DNA of 64,000 nucleotides from Parcubacteria bacterium C7867-008 (GTDB taxonomy: Bacteria; Patescibacteriota; Minisyncoccia; Phycocordibacterales; Phycocordibacteraceae), in the NCBI GenBank assembly GCA_001189215.1, contig LFCR01000004.1, positions 313,635 through 377,634 of the forward strand, in the 5' to 3' direction. This document shows, piece after piece, positions 15,631 to 25,777 of the stretch. The position numbers and the translations under genes are program-made. Numbering within the stretch: the stretch's first letter is position 1; every line of letters begins with the position of its first letter. Under the pieces are notes generated by a model. It saw only the letters and a program-made list of their open reading frames with translations. It did not search any database and had not been told where the DNA came from.

Positions 15631-17220
15631 CTAATTCGGTAGGACATAGGTCTTGCCGCTCTTACTCGTAAACGATGCCGCTTCTCCTGTTGGAGCAGCT
15701 CCCTGGCCGAGCTCGGACTTGAGCGAGGTCGCCTTGCTGTTTAGCCCCGTGTAGATGGACTCGAAGCGGGATACGTCTCGTTGACCGGCGGCCATTGAGT
15801 TGAGCTGACTTGCGAGTGATCGCGTTGCAATGTCGAGCGTCATTGCCATGACTGCCTTGTTCACATCGCCGGTGCTGCGGAGGTTTGCGATCGTGCGCGA
15901 GTAGTTCTCGATATCCGCATCGGTCAGCACACCCACTTCGCCGTACACGCCTCGTGCGAGCTTCGGTACGATTGCAGTAATGGCGGCTTTCATCTGCTGC
16001 GCCTTCGTGTCATACGGATTGTTGCTCTTGATGATTCCGACGATCGGTCCGGTATCGACGCTGTTTATGAGGCTTGTGAGCGTATCGGCTTGACTGACGA
16101 TCGTCTGGATATCGGTGATTGGCTTCAGCTCGCCCTGGGTCATTACCCTGCCGCCCCTGGAACCTCGAATAGCCTCGAGGGTGTAGTTCGGGTCGTCATA
16201 GGCCAGCGTGGTTCCTGGACCGCTTCCGCTGCCTGATCCGCTTTTCGGTGCATAGGTCTTCGCGCGTTCTGCCACAAGCTTTGCGGTGCCGGTTTCAGGA
16301 TCGTAAACGTAGCGTGCTTCCCCTTCAGTTAGGTCGAACTGATTCGCTTCCATTTTCGCTTTGTCGAGATCGACTTTATCTTTTTCTACTTCTCGATTAG
16401 CCGACTCCTGCTGCGTCTTGATATCCGCGAAGAAGCTGGAAAGCTGGTCCTTCGTAAAGCCGTACTGGTCCTGGATTTTCTCGAAGTCCTTGTCGTCGAT
16501 CTCCGTAGGGTCCACGCCGAGCGCGAGCATGTTCCGGAGGAATGAGGTGATCTGCTCTTTCTTTCGACCTCCTTGCGTCTCGAGGAACTCGAAGTATTTG
16601 TCAGCGCCTTCCTTGATTGCCACACGCTTAGCCTCGATCTCTGCCTGCGCATCTTTACTTGCAGCACCGAGTAGAGCGCCGATCTTCACGTTCGCCTCGC
16701 TGCGATACGTCTGTTCTTCCTGGTTGTTGAAGTCCTCGGTTGCACGGAACTCTGACTCGCCGGTCGCGCTTCCGATTCGACCTCCAGCGGCCGCGAGCGC
16801 GTAGCTCTGGCCTTCGCGGTTCTTAGCGGTCGTGCCGCGGAAGTTCGCTATCTGGTCTGTAACGGCTGCATTTATGACGTCGATCTGTCCCTGGATGCGG
16901 GCACGAGTGGCGTTGCGAATGGCGGCTTCGTTGACCTTGTCGGTCGCCTGCGACTTCAAGGTTTTACCTATCTTCGTTGTCGTAGGGTCTTCCACGTAAT
17001 CAGGGACCGACACTTTCGCCACCTGTGCGATGGTTTGCTTCTTGCCTGCGTTCGGATCGGCTACAGGAGCATCCGCGCCCAGACTAATGCTCTTACCCGC
17101 ATATATCTTGTTCGGGTCGCTGATCGAGGGGTTAAGCACCATCAGTTCCTGGACGCTTTTCCCTGTCTGTGAGGCGATGCTGCTTAAGGTATCGCCGTAT
17201 TTGATGGTGTACGAGCTCAT
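15631..17220 (-). CDS. LysM domain-containing phage virion protein
   Basis: N-terminal LysM (YTIKYGDTLSSIASQTGKSVQELMVLNP...IYAGKSISL) followed by a long helical region. Confidence 0.6.
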   Translation of the reverse strand: MSSYTIKYGDTLSSIASQTGKSVQELMVLNPSISDPNKIYAGKSISLGADAPVADPNAGKKQTIAQVAKVSVPDYVEDPTTTKIGKTLKSQATDKVNEAAIRNATRARIQGQIDVINAAVTDQIANFRGTTAKNREGQSYALAAAGGRIGSATGESEFRATEDFNNQEEQTYRSEANVKIGALLGAASKDAQAEIEAKRVAIKEGADKYFEFLETQGGRKKEQITSFLRNMLALGVDPTEIDDKDFEKIQDQYGFTKDQLSSFFADIKTQQESANREVEKDKVDLDKAKMEANQFDLTEGEARYVYDPETGTAKLVAERAKTYAPKSGSGSGSGPGTTLAYDDPNYTLEAIRGSRGGRVMTQGELKPITDIQTIVSQADTLTSLINSVDTGPIVGIIKSNNPYDTKAQQMKAAITAIVPKLARGVYGEVGVLTDADIENYSRTIANLRSTGDVNKAVMAMTLDIATRSLASQLNSMAAGQRDVSRFESIYTGLNSKATSLKSELGQGAAPTGEAASFTSKSGKTYVLPN

Positions 17221-17227
17221 TTCTTTT

Positions 17228-19231
17228 TTAGACTTCGATCATCGTGTAGTACCTGCCGGGGTACATGATCGCGGCGTTAGGCAGAGGATTCTTTATCTTG
17301 AGATTCATTCCGTAGTCGTCGACATCGAGCATCGGGAATAGAAGTCCGCACCCGAACGGATAGTCGTAGCTGATCGTCTTCTTGTACTCGTCGTTAAGGT
17401 ACAGCTCTACGTTTGCGGAGAGCGGCCAGACGCTGTACATCGGCATGTATCGCGGCGATCGTTCGATGCCGAAGTGGATGGCGAAGTTGCCTACCTTTCC
17501 GTAGGTATGCCCGCCCTGGATGCGGTAGCTGACGTCGTTCGAGTAGGCGTCTTCGCCGCTGGCGATAGTACGCGCGGCATAGTAGCCCCTCGGATTGAGA
17601 CGATTCCTGACGGGATCGTATTCGATGAGATTCATCTGCGTGTCGTTTGCGAACCAGTATTTGTTCGAGCCGAGCGGCACAATCCAATGCAGATAGTTGT
17701 TTTGGCTGATTCCCGAGCGGGTTCGGTATGGAACCGTGGACGTCGTGCCGGAGACGGAAATAAGGAAGAGGTTTGCGCCTCCGCTGAATTCACCGTCTTC
17801 GTCGTCAGTGATGTACATGATCCTGTCGGCGGCGACTTGGATGCCGCGATGCTCGTTGAGACCGCCCGCTACCTGGGAATTAGTTACTCTGAAGGCGACT
17901 CCGTTCGATATCGTCGCAGCCGAGACTGTGCCTGCGGCAGTCCACATGGCACCGCCGTTGGCATAGAAGATTTGGTATTTGTTTGCACCGTTTGCGACAG
18001 GTATGACCTGAGTGCAGCCGGTTAAGACGACACCCGTACCGTAACCAGGAACCGTTCCCGTGAGCGAGACGACTACGATCTGCGGGTCAGCTGCCGTTGC
18101 TGGCTTCCATGCGAGAAGCGCCTTATCGACGTCGAGCTGTATGAGCCTGCTTTGCGCAAGGTCGACCGCCGTGAAGACCACGCCGGAGTTGACGGCGCAG
18201 CTTGTGCCGGTGATCGAGATGCTGGCGGTATAGATGTCCAAGCCGGTGCCCTTGTAGGAAAGAAGCGCCTTGTCGGTATTTACCATGACCACATCGCATT
18301 CTTCGATTCCGTTCGAGAAGCCGATGGATGCAGGGACCCCGAAGGTCAGTGCTCCGTCCGATGCGACCGAGAACACTACGACTTTCGTAAGACTCGCAGC
18401 GGCATCATGGAAGAGGAGTAGGCCGCGAGTAGAATCAACCTCGATCATCTTGTAGATGTTGTTGCTGCCGTTCGCCACCAGACCGGTGAGTGTGGTCTGC
18501 TCGAATCGCTTGTGCATGACGCTGAGCAGGAGTGAGTTCAGGCGCTTCACTTTCGATCCGTAGTTATCGGGAAATACGATCTTGAGGAAGCCGTTAAGGT
18601 CCACGAATGGATTGCATGGCTTGGAAGTCCTGCCTGTGTAGTTCTCGTTGTTGAGCTTCGACGGGTTAGGCATCGCCCATCCGGAGTTGTTAGCGTCGTA
18701 GTCCCAGATGGTGCGGAGTAGGAAGTCCGGAGTGGTCGCTTCTGCGCCTGCACGGGTCGTGCCGAGCGTTACTCCGTTGAACTGGTTACCTGCACCAGCC
18801 ATCGTCTCGGTAGTGGCGATACTGTTGCCGACGACGCCCGCAGTCTTTGCTGTTACCACAGCATTGTTTCCAACGAAGGTATCTATCGTGACGTCTTCGT
18901 TCACTTTCGTGGCCAGAGCATACTGCGTGCCGGGCGTGCCGATGAGGTTTACTGCGGCGACGAGGTTCGCCTGTGTTTCTATGGCGCTGCCTCCGATCTT
19001 CACGTTGCCGTCCGAGTTAGTCAGCGTGTCTTGAAAAGTGTAGACGCGCGAGCCGATGGTGATCGTCTCGCCGTTTATCGGATTGACCGGGATCGAGAGG
19101 GTTCCCTGCGCTTTGACCGGAGGATACGAGCCAGCTGCGATACCTTCCGTCTGGAGAGGCTGGATCGACATATGCGCCCACCCGCGTTGCGGGGAATGCC
19201 TCTCGTTCTTGAATGCGTTTATATTGAACAT
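17228..19231 (-). CDS. phage tail protein (tailspike/tubular-like)
   Basis: 667 aa, beta-rich Gly/Thr/Asn-rich composition, in the structural block. Confidence 0.45.
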   Translation of the reverse strand: MFNINAFKNERHSPQRGWAHMSIQPLQTEGIAAGSYPPVKAQGTLSIPVNPINGETITIGSRVYTFQDTLTNSDGNVKIGGSAIETQANLVAAVNLIGTPGTQYALATKVNEDVTIDTFVGNNAVVTAKTAGVVGNSIATTETMAGAGNQFNGVTLGTTRAGAEATTPDFLLRTIWDYDANNSGWAMPNPSKLNNENYTGRTSKPCNPFVDLNGFLKIVFPDNYGSKVKRLNSLLLSVMHKRFEQTTLTGLVANGSNNIYKMIEVDSTRGLLLFHDAAASLTKVVVFSVASDGALTFGVPASIGFSNGIEECDVVMVNTDKALLSYKGTGLDIYTASISITGTSCAVNSGVVFTAVDLAQSRLIQLDVDKALLAWKPATAADPQIVVVSLTGTVPGYGTGVVLTGCTQVIPVANGANKYQIFYANGGAMWTAAGTVSAATISNGVAFRVTNSQVAGGLNEHRGIQVAADRIMYITDDEDGEFSGGANLFLISVSGTTSTVPYRTRSGISQNNYLHWIVPLGSNKYWFANDTQMNLIEYDPVRNRLNPRGYYAARTIASGEDAYSNDVSYRIQGGHTYGKVGNFAIHFGIERSPRYMPMYSVWPLSANVELYLNDEYKKTISYDYPFGCGLLFPMLDVDDYGMNLKIKNPLPNAAIMYPGRYYTMIEV

Positions 19232-19235
19232 AAAA

Positions 19236-20057
19236 TTATCGTTTGCTTATGGCTTGTAATGCTCCATCCGGCTTGTACTGAATGACCCAGATGTTCGTAC
19301 CGTCGAAGATCGATCGGAGCACGTCGCCAGGGTCGTAGGTCAGCACGTAGGTCTTTCCGTTATCGAGGTCATGCACGCTCCGGACCCTGCCGCGGCGGTC
19401 GTAGTTGATCTGCGGGCTATTGAGGCCGGAGATGAGGGCAGCGCCGCCGAACGCGAGCGCGAGCACCCATTGCTTCGTTGCGACGTCATTGCTGCCGACC
19501 GGGTCCGCGGCAGACACGGGCGTATTCGAGGTGAGTCCGGACTGGAAGATCGGCCGGTCCTGGAACGTCTTCACGCCAGCGATATTCTCGTTGCCGGTCT
19601 TCCCTACCTTCCCGGCGGATTGATCGTCTGCGTACTTTTTTGTGACGACTTGCTTGCCGTCGTTGAACGAGGGATCGGCGTCGTATCGGAGCGGGTTCGC
19701 GGCGTCTAGCGTATCCGCGCCGTTCAGGATGTCGACGATGACTTTTAGGTTTATGAAATCGGTCAGGTAGCACTTCGCTCCTGCCCGGTGCCCGTTGAGA
19801 TTCTGAACGCCAGCGGTCTGTACGCCCTGGCGCGAGACGCTCACGATGTTTGCTATCGCGTTGCCGGTCAGGTCGAAGAGCAGGTGTTCCTCGTCGCCAG
19901 TACCGCGATCCACGATCATGCAGTACCTTCCGTTTGGGAGCGCGACGCTGTTCTTGTCGGTGATGCTCGTCAAAGCGCCAGCAACCGCCCCGTTTCCGAG
20001 CTTCGTTGCGAGCGAAGTCTCGAAGTTTGCGACTACTTTGGTGAGTTTGCTCGACAT
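19236..20057 (-). CDS. phage tail fibre protein
   Basis: 273 aa; contains the NIAGVKTFQDRPIF motif typical of phage tail-fibre shafts. Confidence 0.5.
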   Translation of the reverse strand: MSSKLTKVVANFETSLATKLGNGAVAGALTSITDKNSVALPNGRYCMIVDRGTGDEEHLLFDLTGNAIANIVSVSRQGVQTAGVQNLNGHRAGAKCYLTDFINLKVIVDILNGADTLDAANPLRYDADPSFNDGKQVVTKKYADDQSAGKVGKTGNENIAGVKTFQDRPIFQSGLTSNTPVSAADPVGSNDVATKQWVLALAFGGAALISGLNSPQINYDRRGRVRSVHDLDNGKTYVLTYDPGDVLRSIFDGTNIWVIQYKPDGALQAISKR

Positions 20058-20085
20058 GATGTAAGTATTTGCGTAAAAAACTGCC

Positions 20086-20101
20086 TATCTGTAGGAATTA
20101 C
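20086..20101 (-). promoter_or_regulatory. conserved phage motif copy 2
   Basis: Identical 16-mer, 28 nt upstream of the tail-fibre gene start (20057). Confidence 0.55.
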
Positions 20102-21999
20102 TGGTTCGTCTGCTTTCCATCGAGGCTGACGTGCTCTTTTTGGCGGTACGCTTTCGGAAGCCTGTCCTCGTAGGTCAGGATGTCCCAGTCGACCGATTCC
20201 ATGAGGCTCACGTAGCCGATTCCCTTCGCAATAAAGCGGATGCTTCGTCTGCGGAACTTCGGAATCTTTACCGCCTTGATCTGCATCTCGAAGGGGTATA
20301 CTTTCGCCTCGCCGTCCCCGCCGATGGCCGCGTCGCCGACCATAGTCGTGCCGACGCTCGAAGGACTCGTGCGGTTCACATAGCTCGCATCGCCGCGGAT
20401 CGTGCCGACCAGCGTGTATCCAGCGCCATCAAAGTCGGCGTAAACCTCCACGTATTGCGCTGGGTCGATCTCCCCGCGGTAGCGAAGGCGTCGGTACTTC
20501 TTGAGTCGCCGCGCTCCGTAGGTTTCGTATTTGCTGTCCCAGTTGTTCTGCACGACATTCCCGTCGTCGTCGAAGCCGTTGAGAATTTTATAGACAGTCT
20601 GCGTGTGTGGGCTTCCGCCGTAGAGCACTCCGGAATCGCGTGCGAGAGATTTCATTCCGTAGTTCGTCACGTCGACAGTGTTCTTCACGATGTCGATCAC
20701 GAGCATGCGGTCGTTCACGATGCTGTTTTGCGCCCGACAGGAAAGAACGATGAATTGCCCGTAGGTTTCCATGACTGCGTCGGAGTAGTCGAACTTCTCC
20801 CATGCGAAATGCGGAATGAGCTCGGTTGCGAGGATGTCATCGCCGAGTGGGTTCTTCTCCAGGACTGTGAGTTGCGGTCGGTCGGGATTTGCGGTGTTGA
20901 TGAAGAGCACGCCGCGTCCGGTCGTTACGACGCTCTTTCTTGTGAGCACGCCGATGTTGCGGCGGACCACTTGGTTGTTGAAGGTCTTATCGTCATCCGT
21001 GTACTTATGCTGATAGGCGCTTTGTTTCTTGAGCGAGTAGTAGTTGCCGTCGATGCCGATCACGAGCTGTTGGATTGCATCGCCTCCCTCGTCCTGGCGG
21101 ATGACGTCGCCTTCACCAGCGAGTCTCGCTGAGCTGTATGAAAAGTCGGCTACACCTTTGCTCGTGCTGTTCTCCCACACATAGGTGGCTTGGACATTGT
21201 TCGGGGTCGCGGCTGGAATAGTCACGAACGTGACGCTCCATGCGCCGGTGATGTAGTTGATTGTGCCGACGCCGCCCGCACTCCCCTTCAGGTTCCCGTT
21301 CTTGTCGTCTGTAAAGAGTTCTCCGCTACCATCCGTGCATCTGATCGTAACAAGCCCGCAGTTTCGTTTTGGCTGCCCCGGTTTGAATGCGAGTATGCCG
21401 GAGAAGGTGGTCTGGACTCCGTTCCCGCTTCCTATGAGCTCGTTCGATACTTGCGTGAAGCTAGCGCCATCTCGTTGCACGTCGATGTAGCTGCGGTAGA
21501 GGCTGGTCTGGTCCTTTGCGATTCCCCATAGGTACATGCGGGCCTTGTCGATGAGTGGGAAGCCGCAGAAGAAGTCGGTTGTCGTATAGAGCTGGACGTA
21601 GTCGTTCGGATTCGCGTTGGCGAACTTGAAGAGGCCGCCGGGGCCGCCTGCAAATGTCCACGCGCCGGTCAGCGAGCTGTAATTTGTGAAGACGTAGAGG
21701 TCGTTCGGATTGAGACCGGTGACCACGTTTATCCATGCTGTTCCATTGAAGTATTGGATCGTGGTCCCGATCTTGCGCCAGAGGATTGCAGCGCCGGTGC
21801 TCTTGTATCCGATATGAATTGCCGGACAGGTTCCCGCAGCGCCTTCAGCGCCTACAGTGACTTTGCCGCGAGCGAGTTCGATCTTGCCATCGAGCGTTAC
21901 CCAGTTGAGAGAGTCTTTGGCGCTGTCTTTCGGCGTATCCTCGTTGTCTTCACGGTTATGCACTCCTGATGCGAATTTCTCTATCTCGTGGTTTGCCAT
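20098..21999 (-). CDS. phage tail structural protein (tubular protein B-like size)
   Basis: 633 aa, beta-rich, in the structural block. Confidence 0.4.
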   Translation of the reverse strand: MANHEIEKFASGVHNREDNEDTPKDSAKDSLNWVTLDGKIELARGKVTVGAEGAAGTCPAIHIGYKSTGAAILWRKIGTTIQYFNGTAWINVVTGLNPNDLYVFTNYSSLTGAWTFAGGPGGLFKFANANPNDYVQLYTTTDFFCGFPLIDKARMYLWGIAKDQTSLYRSYIDVQRDGASFTQVSNELIGSGNGVQTTFSGILAFKPGQPKRNCGLVTIRCTDGSGELFTDDKNGNLKGSAGGVGTINYITGAWSVTFVTIPAATPNNVQATYVWENSTSKGVADFSYSSARLAGEGDVIRQDEGGDAIQQLVIGIDGNYYSLKKQSAYQHKYTDDDKTFNNQVVRRNIGVLTRKSVVTTGRGVLFINTANPDRPQLTVLEKNPLGDDILATELIPHFAWEKFDYSDAVMETYGQFIVLSCRAQNSIVNDRMLVIDIVKNTVDVTNYGMKSLARDSGVLYGGSPHTQTVYKILNGFDDDGNVVQNNWDSKYETYGARRLKKYRRLRYRGEIDPAQYVEVYADFDGAGYTLVGTIRGDASYVNRTSPSSVGTTMVGDAAIGGDGEAKVYPFEMQIKAVKIPKFRRRSIRFIAKGIGYVSLMESVDWDILTYEDRLPKAYRQKEHVSLDGKQTNQ

Positions 22000-22001
22000 G
22001 G

Positions 22002-22631
22002 CTAGATGAGTTTGAATCGTGCGTCTCGCAGCTTGAGGTTCTTTAGGTAGCGCTGGTACTGGACCGAGTTCTCCTGCATGCTGCTACGTGCCTTTTCTGA
22101 CTTCTTGATGATTTCCTCGTCGATGAGCATGGCGAAGACGATCATCGGGTGGTATTCGGCAGGAAGCTTTGGTGATGTCAGCGGGGTGATATCGTCAGGG
22201 CTCGTCTTGTAGTCGTATTCGTAGGCTGCGCCCGTGCCAGGACTCTGAGCGAAGTTGATCTTGCCGTCCGAAGGATCGAACCAGCAGACATTGCTGTAGT
22301 TGTTCGCATTCCGCTGCCCCATCGGGACGATTAGATGCGGCGCTTTGCTGCCGCCCACATAGACGACCTTCGTTATGGGCTCGCCGATCGTCGGATCGTC
22401 GCTGAAGTTCTCCATGAATTCATCGAAGTCGGTCGGAGGCGTGATCTTCCCGTCGCTCTCTACGCTTCCTGCTTTCTTGCGTCGCAAAAACTCCCACGGC
22501 TGCTCCATGTAGACGAGTCGCAGCTTGTCGTTTGCGAGGATTATTTCTTCGTCGCTCGAGAGGTCCGTCGTATCGTCGGTGTAGAGCTCGAAGCGGTCGA
22601 TGATTTGTTGTCCGGTGAGTGGTGTCGCCAT
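22002..22631 (-). CDS. phage tail/adaptor protein (tubular protein A-like size)
   Basis: 209 aa, immediately downstream of the capsid gene. Confidence 0.35.
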   Translation of the reverse strand: MATPLTGQQIIDRFELYTDDTTDLSSDEEIILANDKLRLVYMEQPWEFLRRKKAGSVESDGKITPPTDFDEFMENFSDDPTIGEPITKVVYVGGSKAPHLIVPMGQRNANNYSNVCWFDPSDGKINFAQSPGTGAAYEYDYKTSPDDITPLTSPKLPAEYHPMIVFAMLIDEEIIKKSEKARSSMQENSVQYQRYLKNLKLRDARFKLI

Positions 22632-22644
22632 AATTTCTTTTTTA

Positions 22645-22685
22645 CCCAGTGCTGGATGCAGGCTATGTCTGCATCCAGCACTGGG
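22645..22685 (-). other. perfect 17-bp-stem hairpin downstream of capsid gene
   Basis: CCCAGTGCTGGATGCAG-gctatgt-CTGCATCCAGCACTGGG, with no mismatches. Confidence 0.6.
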
Positions 22686-22715
22686 CCCCAGCCGAAGCTG
22701 AGGTCAGTGCAGTCT

Positions 22716-23918
22716 TTACGACTGGAGGAGAACGTCGAGGAACTGCGGCTTCCCGTCCGAGAACGTGAAGATTCCGTAGATCGCATCGGCGCGGATGATC
22801 TTCGCCCGCTGGTACGGGTCGTCGACCATTTCCATCTCCGCGAGGTCCTGGATGACCACGTCGATCGCACCCTTCTTTCCGTAGTACCCATGGATGAGGT
22901 TCTTCGTGAGGGTGTAGGTCGCGTTCCCGCCGAACACGAGGCGGCCGGAGCCGGTACCCGTGATCGTGATCGTATCGGCAGCGTCGCTGTCGACAGCCGC
23001 GAGCTGAAGGTCGACCCAGTTGGACTGGTCATAGCTCGGATCGACGTCGGTCCATGCGATGTACTTCACGCCTGCAGTACCAGAGGTCTGGTGGATTGCA
23101 TCGATGAGGTTATCGCGCGTCGCGTCTACGCCTGCTTCGATGAGCACGTTGCCCGGATTCGAGCCGATCGAGGTCACGAAGGTGTAGACGAAGCCGTTGA
23201 TCGAGAACGTCTGCCCGTTTGAGGGGTTTGACGCCATCGTGATCACCGCCTCAGCGAGAAGGTTCTCGGAGAGATAGAGCTCTGCGCCTCCTACCGGACC
23301 GGCATAGCCGTTCTTGAAGGCTGCTGCAGCTAGGTCGATATTCTTCGACATGACGTACTGCTCGATGATCGAGCCGCCGTAGCTGTCGAGCACAAGGGCC
23401 AGGCTTGTGAGGTCCTGGTTCGCCTTGCGAAGCTTCGCGCGTCCCTGCGAGAGGAGCTGCGGAAGGTTCGTGGTCGACAGCGTGACAGCGACGCCGCTCG
23501 AGGTCATCGTGGTAAGGTCGCCGGTGTCGAACGTCTGAAGGGCGTTCTTGACCTGCGCGAAGACGTCCGCGTCGATGTAACGTGAGAGCTTCTTTGCGAC
23601 TTCGGCACCGATCGTCTCCGCAGGATTCAGCGGGCCAGCCTGAATCATCTCCTTCTTGGAGATGCGGAAGTCGGCACCCTTGTTCTTGTTCACGAGGAGC
23701 GTCTCGCCAGCGTCATTGAGCTGGTCAATGGTGCGGTTGACGCCGATCGTGATGTTACGCACACGAATTGGTGCGAGAGAATACTTCACACGCTTTACCG
23801 ATGCTCCGTACTCGAGTTTCTTCTCGAGGCGCGTGTTGGCGATCTCCATCGCCACGAGCACCTTGTCGAACACCGCCTGGTAGGCGTTGTCGAACTGTTC
23901 CTTGAAAGTTACTAACAT
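22716..23918 (-). CDS. putative major capsid protein
   Basis: 400 aa; it follows a scaffold-like gene and precedes the strong hairpin. Confidence 0.5.
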   Translation of the reverse strand: MLVTFKEQFDNAYQAVFDKVLVAMEIANTRLEKKLEYGASVKRVKYSLAPIRVRNITIGVNRTIDQLNDAGETLLVNKNKGADFRISKKEMIQAGPLNPAETIGAEVAKKLSRYIDADVFAQVKNALQTFDTGDLTTMTSSGVAVTLSTTNLPQLLSQGRAKLRKANQDLTSLALVLDSYGGSIIEQYVMSKNIDLAAAAFKNGYAGPVGGAELYLSENLLAEAVITMASNPSNGQTFSINGFVYTFVTSIGSNPGNVLIEAGVDATRDNLIDAIHQTSGTAGVKYIAWTDVDPSYDQSNWVDLQLAAVDSDAADTITITGTGSGRLVFGGNATYTLTKNLIHGYYGKKGAIDVVIQDLAEMEMVDDPYQRAKIIRADAIYGIFTFSDGKPQFLDVLLQS

Positions 23919-23962
23919 GAGAGGGATAAATTAGAGTTGCTAATTGCCCTCCCAGAAATGGA

Positions 23963-24880
23963 CTAACTAGAGCGATGACGTGAGCGCTGCGTCAGTCGGT
24001 CGATAAGACCATCCTGGTACTTATCGAACTCCTGTCCGCCACGTTCGCGGGATTCAGCGATGCGCTTATGATCGTCCTCGCTTGGCTTCTTGTAATCCGG
24101 CTCCTTCGGATGGTTGCCGCCTTGTGAGCTGTAGCCTTCCATGCCGGGTTCCGGCTTTACTGCGTCGCCATAGAGTTCCTCGAGGATGTCTTCCATCGTG
24201 CGGCTGAGGTTTTCCTCGCTCGACAGGATGTATTTCCTCACGGCTTCCCTTTTGGCTACTTTTCCAAGCTCCGGATTCTCTGCGACCACGCGGTCGAATT
24301 CTTTCACTATCGCCGCGGTGATCTGCGCATTGTTGATCTCCTTTGATTGCGCTTCCGTCTTCTTCTTGATGTCCTTGATATCTGAGAGGTACTCGTCCTC
24401 GAACTGCTTCTTGGACTTGGTGAGGAGTGCGTTCGCCAGCTTTCGGGTGAACTCCGGGTCGGCACTTCCTTCGATGAGCGATTCGATTTCGTCTTTAGCG
24501 TCATCGCCGCGTGAACCTCCCTTTTTGATTTGCTCCTGCAAATCTTTTATGGTGGGAATGACCTCGTCGCGGATCATTTTTTTCATCTCGCGGTTCTCTT
24601 TCTTGAGATCAACGATGAGGCTGTCGCGCTCGTCGCTGTCCTTAGGCTTCTGGTCCTTGGAATCGCCTGACGCTCCGGCAACTTCCGCGATTGACTTGTT
24701 TGAGGGAGCAGCGTCATTGCCACCCTGATCGGCTGGCTTCTGGTCCCCTGCAGCTTTTCCTGACTTGTCGTCAGCGGGTGCTGCTTCCTGGTTTTGTGGT
24801 TTTGGCATAACGTTTTTATGTCGATGGTTTCGCCCCACCGATGTCCTGATGTGTACGCCGGACATTCGCGCGATTAACAA
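23963..24880 (-). CDS. putative scaffolding protein
   Basis: 305 aa, highly charged and helical, low-complexity N-terminus; it lies between the portal-side genes and the capsid gene. Confidence 0.45.
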   Translation of the reverse strand: MLIARMSGVHIRTSVGRNHRHKNVMPKPQNQEAAPADDKSGKAAGDQKPADQGGNDAAPSNKSIAEVAGASGDSKDQKPKDSDERDSLIVDLKKENREMKKMIRDEVIPTIKDLQEQIKKGGSRGDDAKDEIESLIEGSADPEFTRKLANALLTKSKKQFEDEYLSDIKDIKKKTEAQSKEINNAQITAAIVKEFDRVVAENPELGKVAKREAVRKYILSSEENLSRTMEDILEELYGDAVKPEPGMEGYSSQGGNHPKEPDYKKPSEDDHKRIAESRERGGQEFDKYQDGLIDRLTQRSRHRSS

Positions 24881-24937
24881 CCTTTTTAATAAGAGGTTGG
24901 CCCCTCTTACCGATAAGTGTGTTCGGGAAAAGATGTT

Positions 24938-24953
24938 TATCTGTAGGAATTAC
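24938..24953 (-). promoter_or_regulatory. conserved phage motif copy 3
   Basis: Identical 16-mer, 57 nt upstream of the scaffold gene start (24880). Confidence 0.55.
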
Positions 24954-25016
24954 TTTTTGCATCAAAAAACCACCGGCGTGCCGATGGTTTTTCTTTATCT
25001 TTTCTCCAGCTTTTCT

Positions 25017-25406
25017 TTATCTCGCCAGGGTGCTCGATGTGCTCGGCCGCTTACGCGAGAGCTCGTCGAGCAAGGTGTCTAGGTCATCCTGGGCTCCGGT
25101 AAAGCGTCGCATCATCTGGACGGACGCCTCGAAGCGAGCGACGACGGAGATGAGTCTGCCCAGCTCTGGGCTCTCATGCAGGACTGCGAAGAGTTCGTTC
25201 ATTGCCTTGCGGGATTCGGTCTGAAGTCTTTCTATAGTGTCCTTGCCCGCGGGAGTGCGCGTCCATGAGACGAGATCGCTCGCCACGTCGATGGCTTGGC
25301 TAATCTCCTCGACTTCAGCGGCGTCTTCCTTGGGTTCTTCCGGGACCGGCTGCGATTCGTCATGCGGTCCGGTAAGGATTTCTTCTTTTGGAGCTTCGTC
25401 GGTCAT
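25017..25406 (-). CDS. hypothetical acidic protein
   Basis: 129-aa intact ORF in the morphogenesis block. Confidence 0.3.
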   Translation of the reverse strand: MTDEAPKEEILTGPHDESQPVPEEPKEDAAEVEEISQAIDVASDLVSWTRTPAGKDTIERLQTESRKAMNELFAVLHESPELGRLISVVARFEASVQMMRRFTGAQDDLDTLLDELSRKRPSTSSTLAR

Positions 25407-25777
25407 AGCTTTAATTGCTTACGGACCTCCTTGTCTTCCGACATAAGCGTGCGAAGAATGCTCTTTGCCTGCTTTTCTTGGTCCTTGAACTGCTTTGCCT
25501 TGTTCTCCTGGATGGCTAGCATCGTCAGCGCATACCGCTTCTTCGGCGTGAGCTTTTTCATGTACGCCACGAGATCAGGATTTGCGCGACGAATGTTCTC
25601 TGCCATTGAATCCTGCAGCTTGGCGTTCGCTTCCATCTCGCGGGCCTGTTTGCGGACCTGCTCGACGTTGCGATTCATCTCGCGCAGAGAAAACTCCGCG
25701 ACTTGGCCGTGCTTCGTGATGCGATGGTCGCCCTTATCCTTCGCCTTCTTCTTGATCTGGTAGGAGAAGCGAAGCAT
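25403..25777 (-). CDS. hypothetical basic protein
   Basis: 124-aa Lys-rich ORF with 4-nt overlaps to its neighbours. Confidence 0.3.
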   Translation of the reverse strand: MLRFSYQIKKKAKDKGDHRITKHGQVAEFSLREMNRNVEQVRKQAREMEANAKLQDSMAENIRRANPDLVAYMKKLTPKKRYALTMLAIQENKAKQFKDQEKQAKSILRTLMSEDKEVRKQLKL

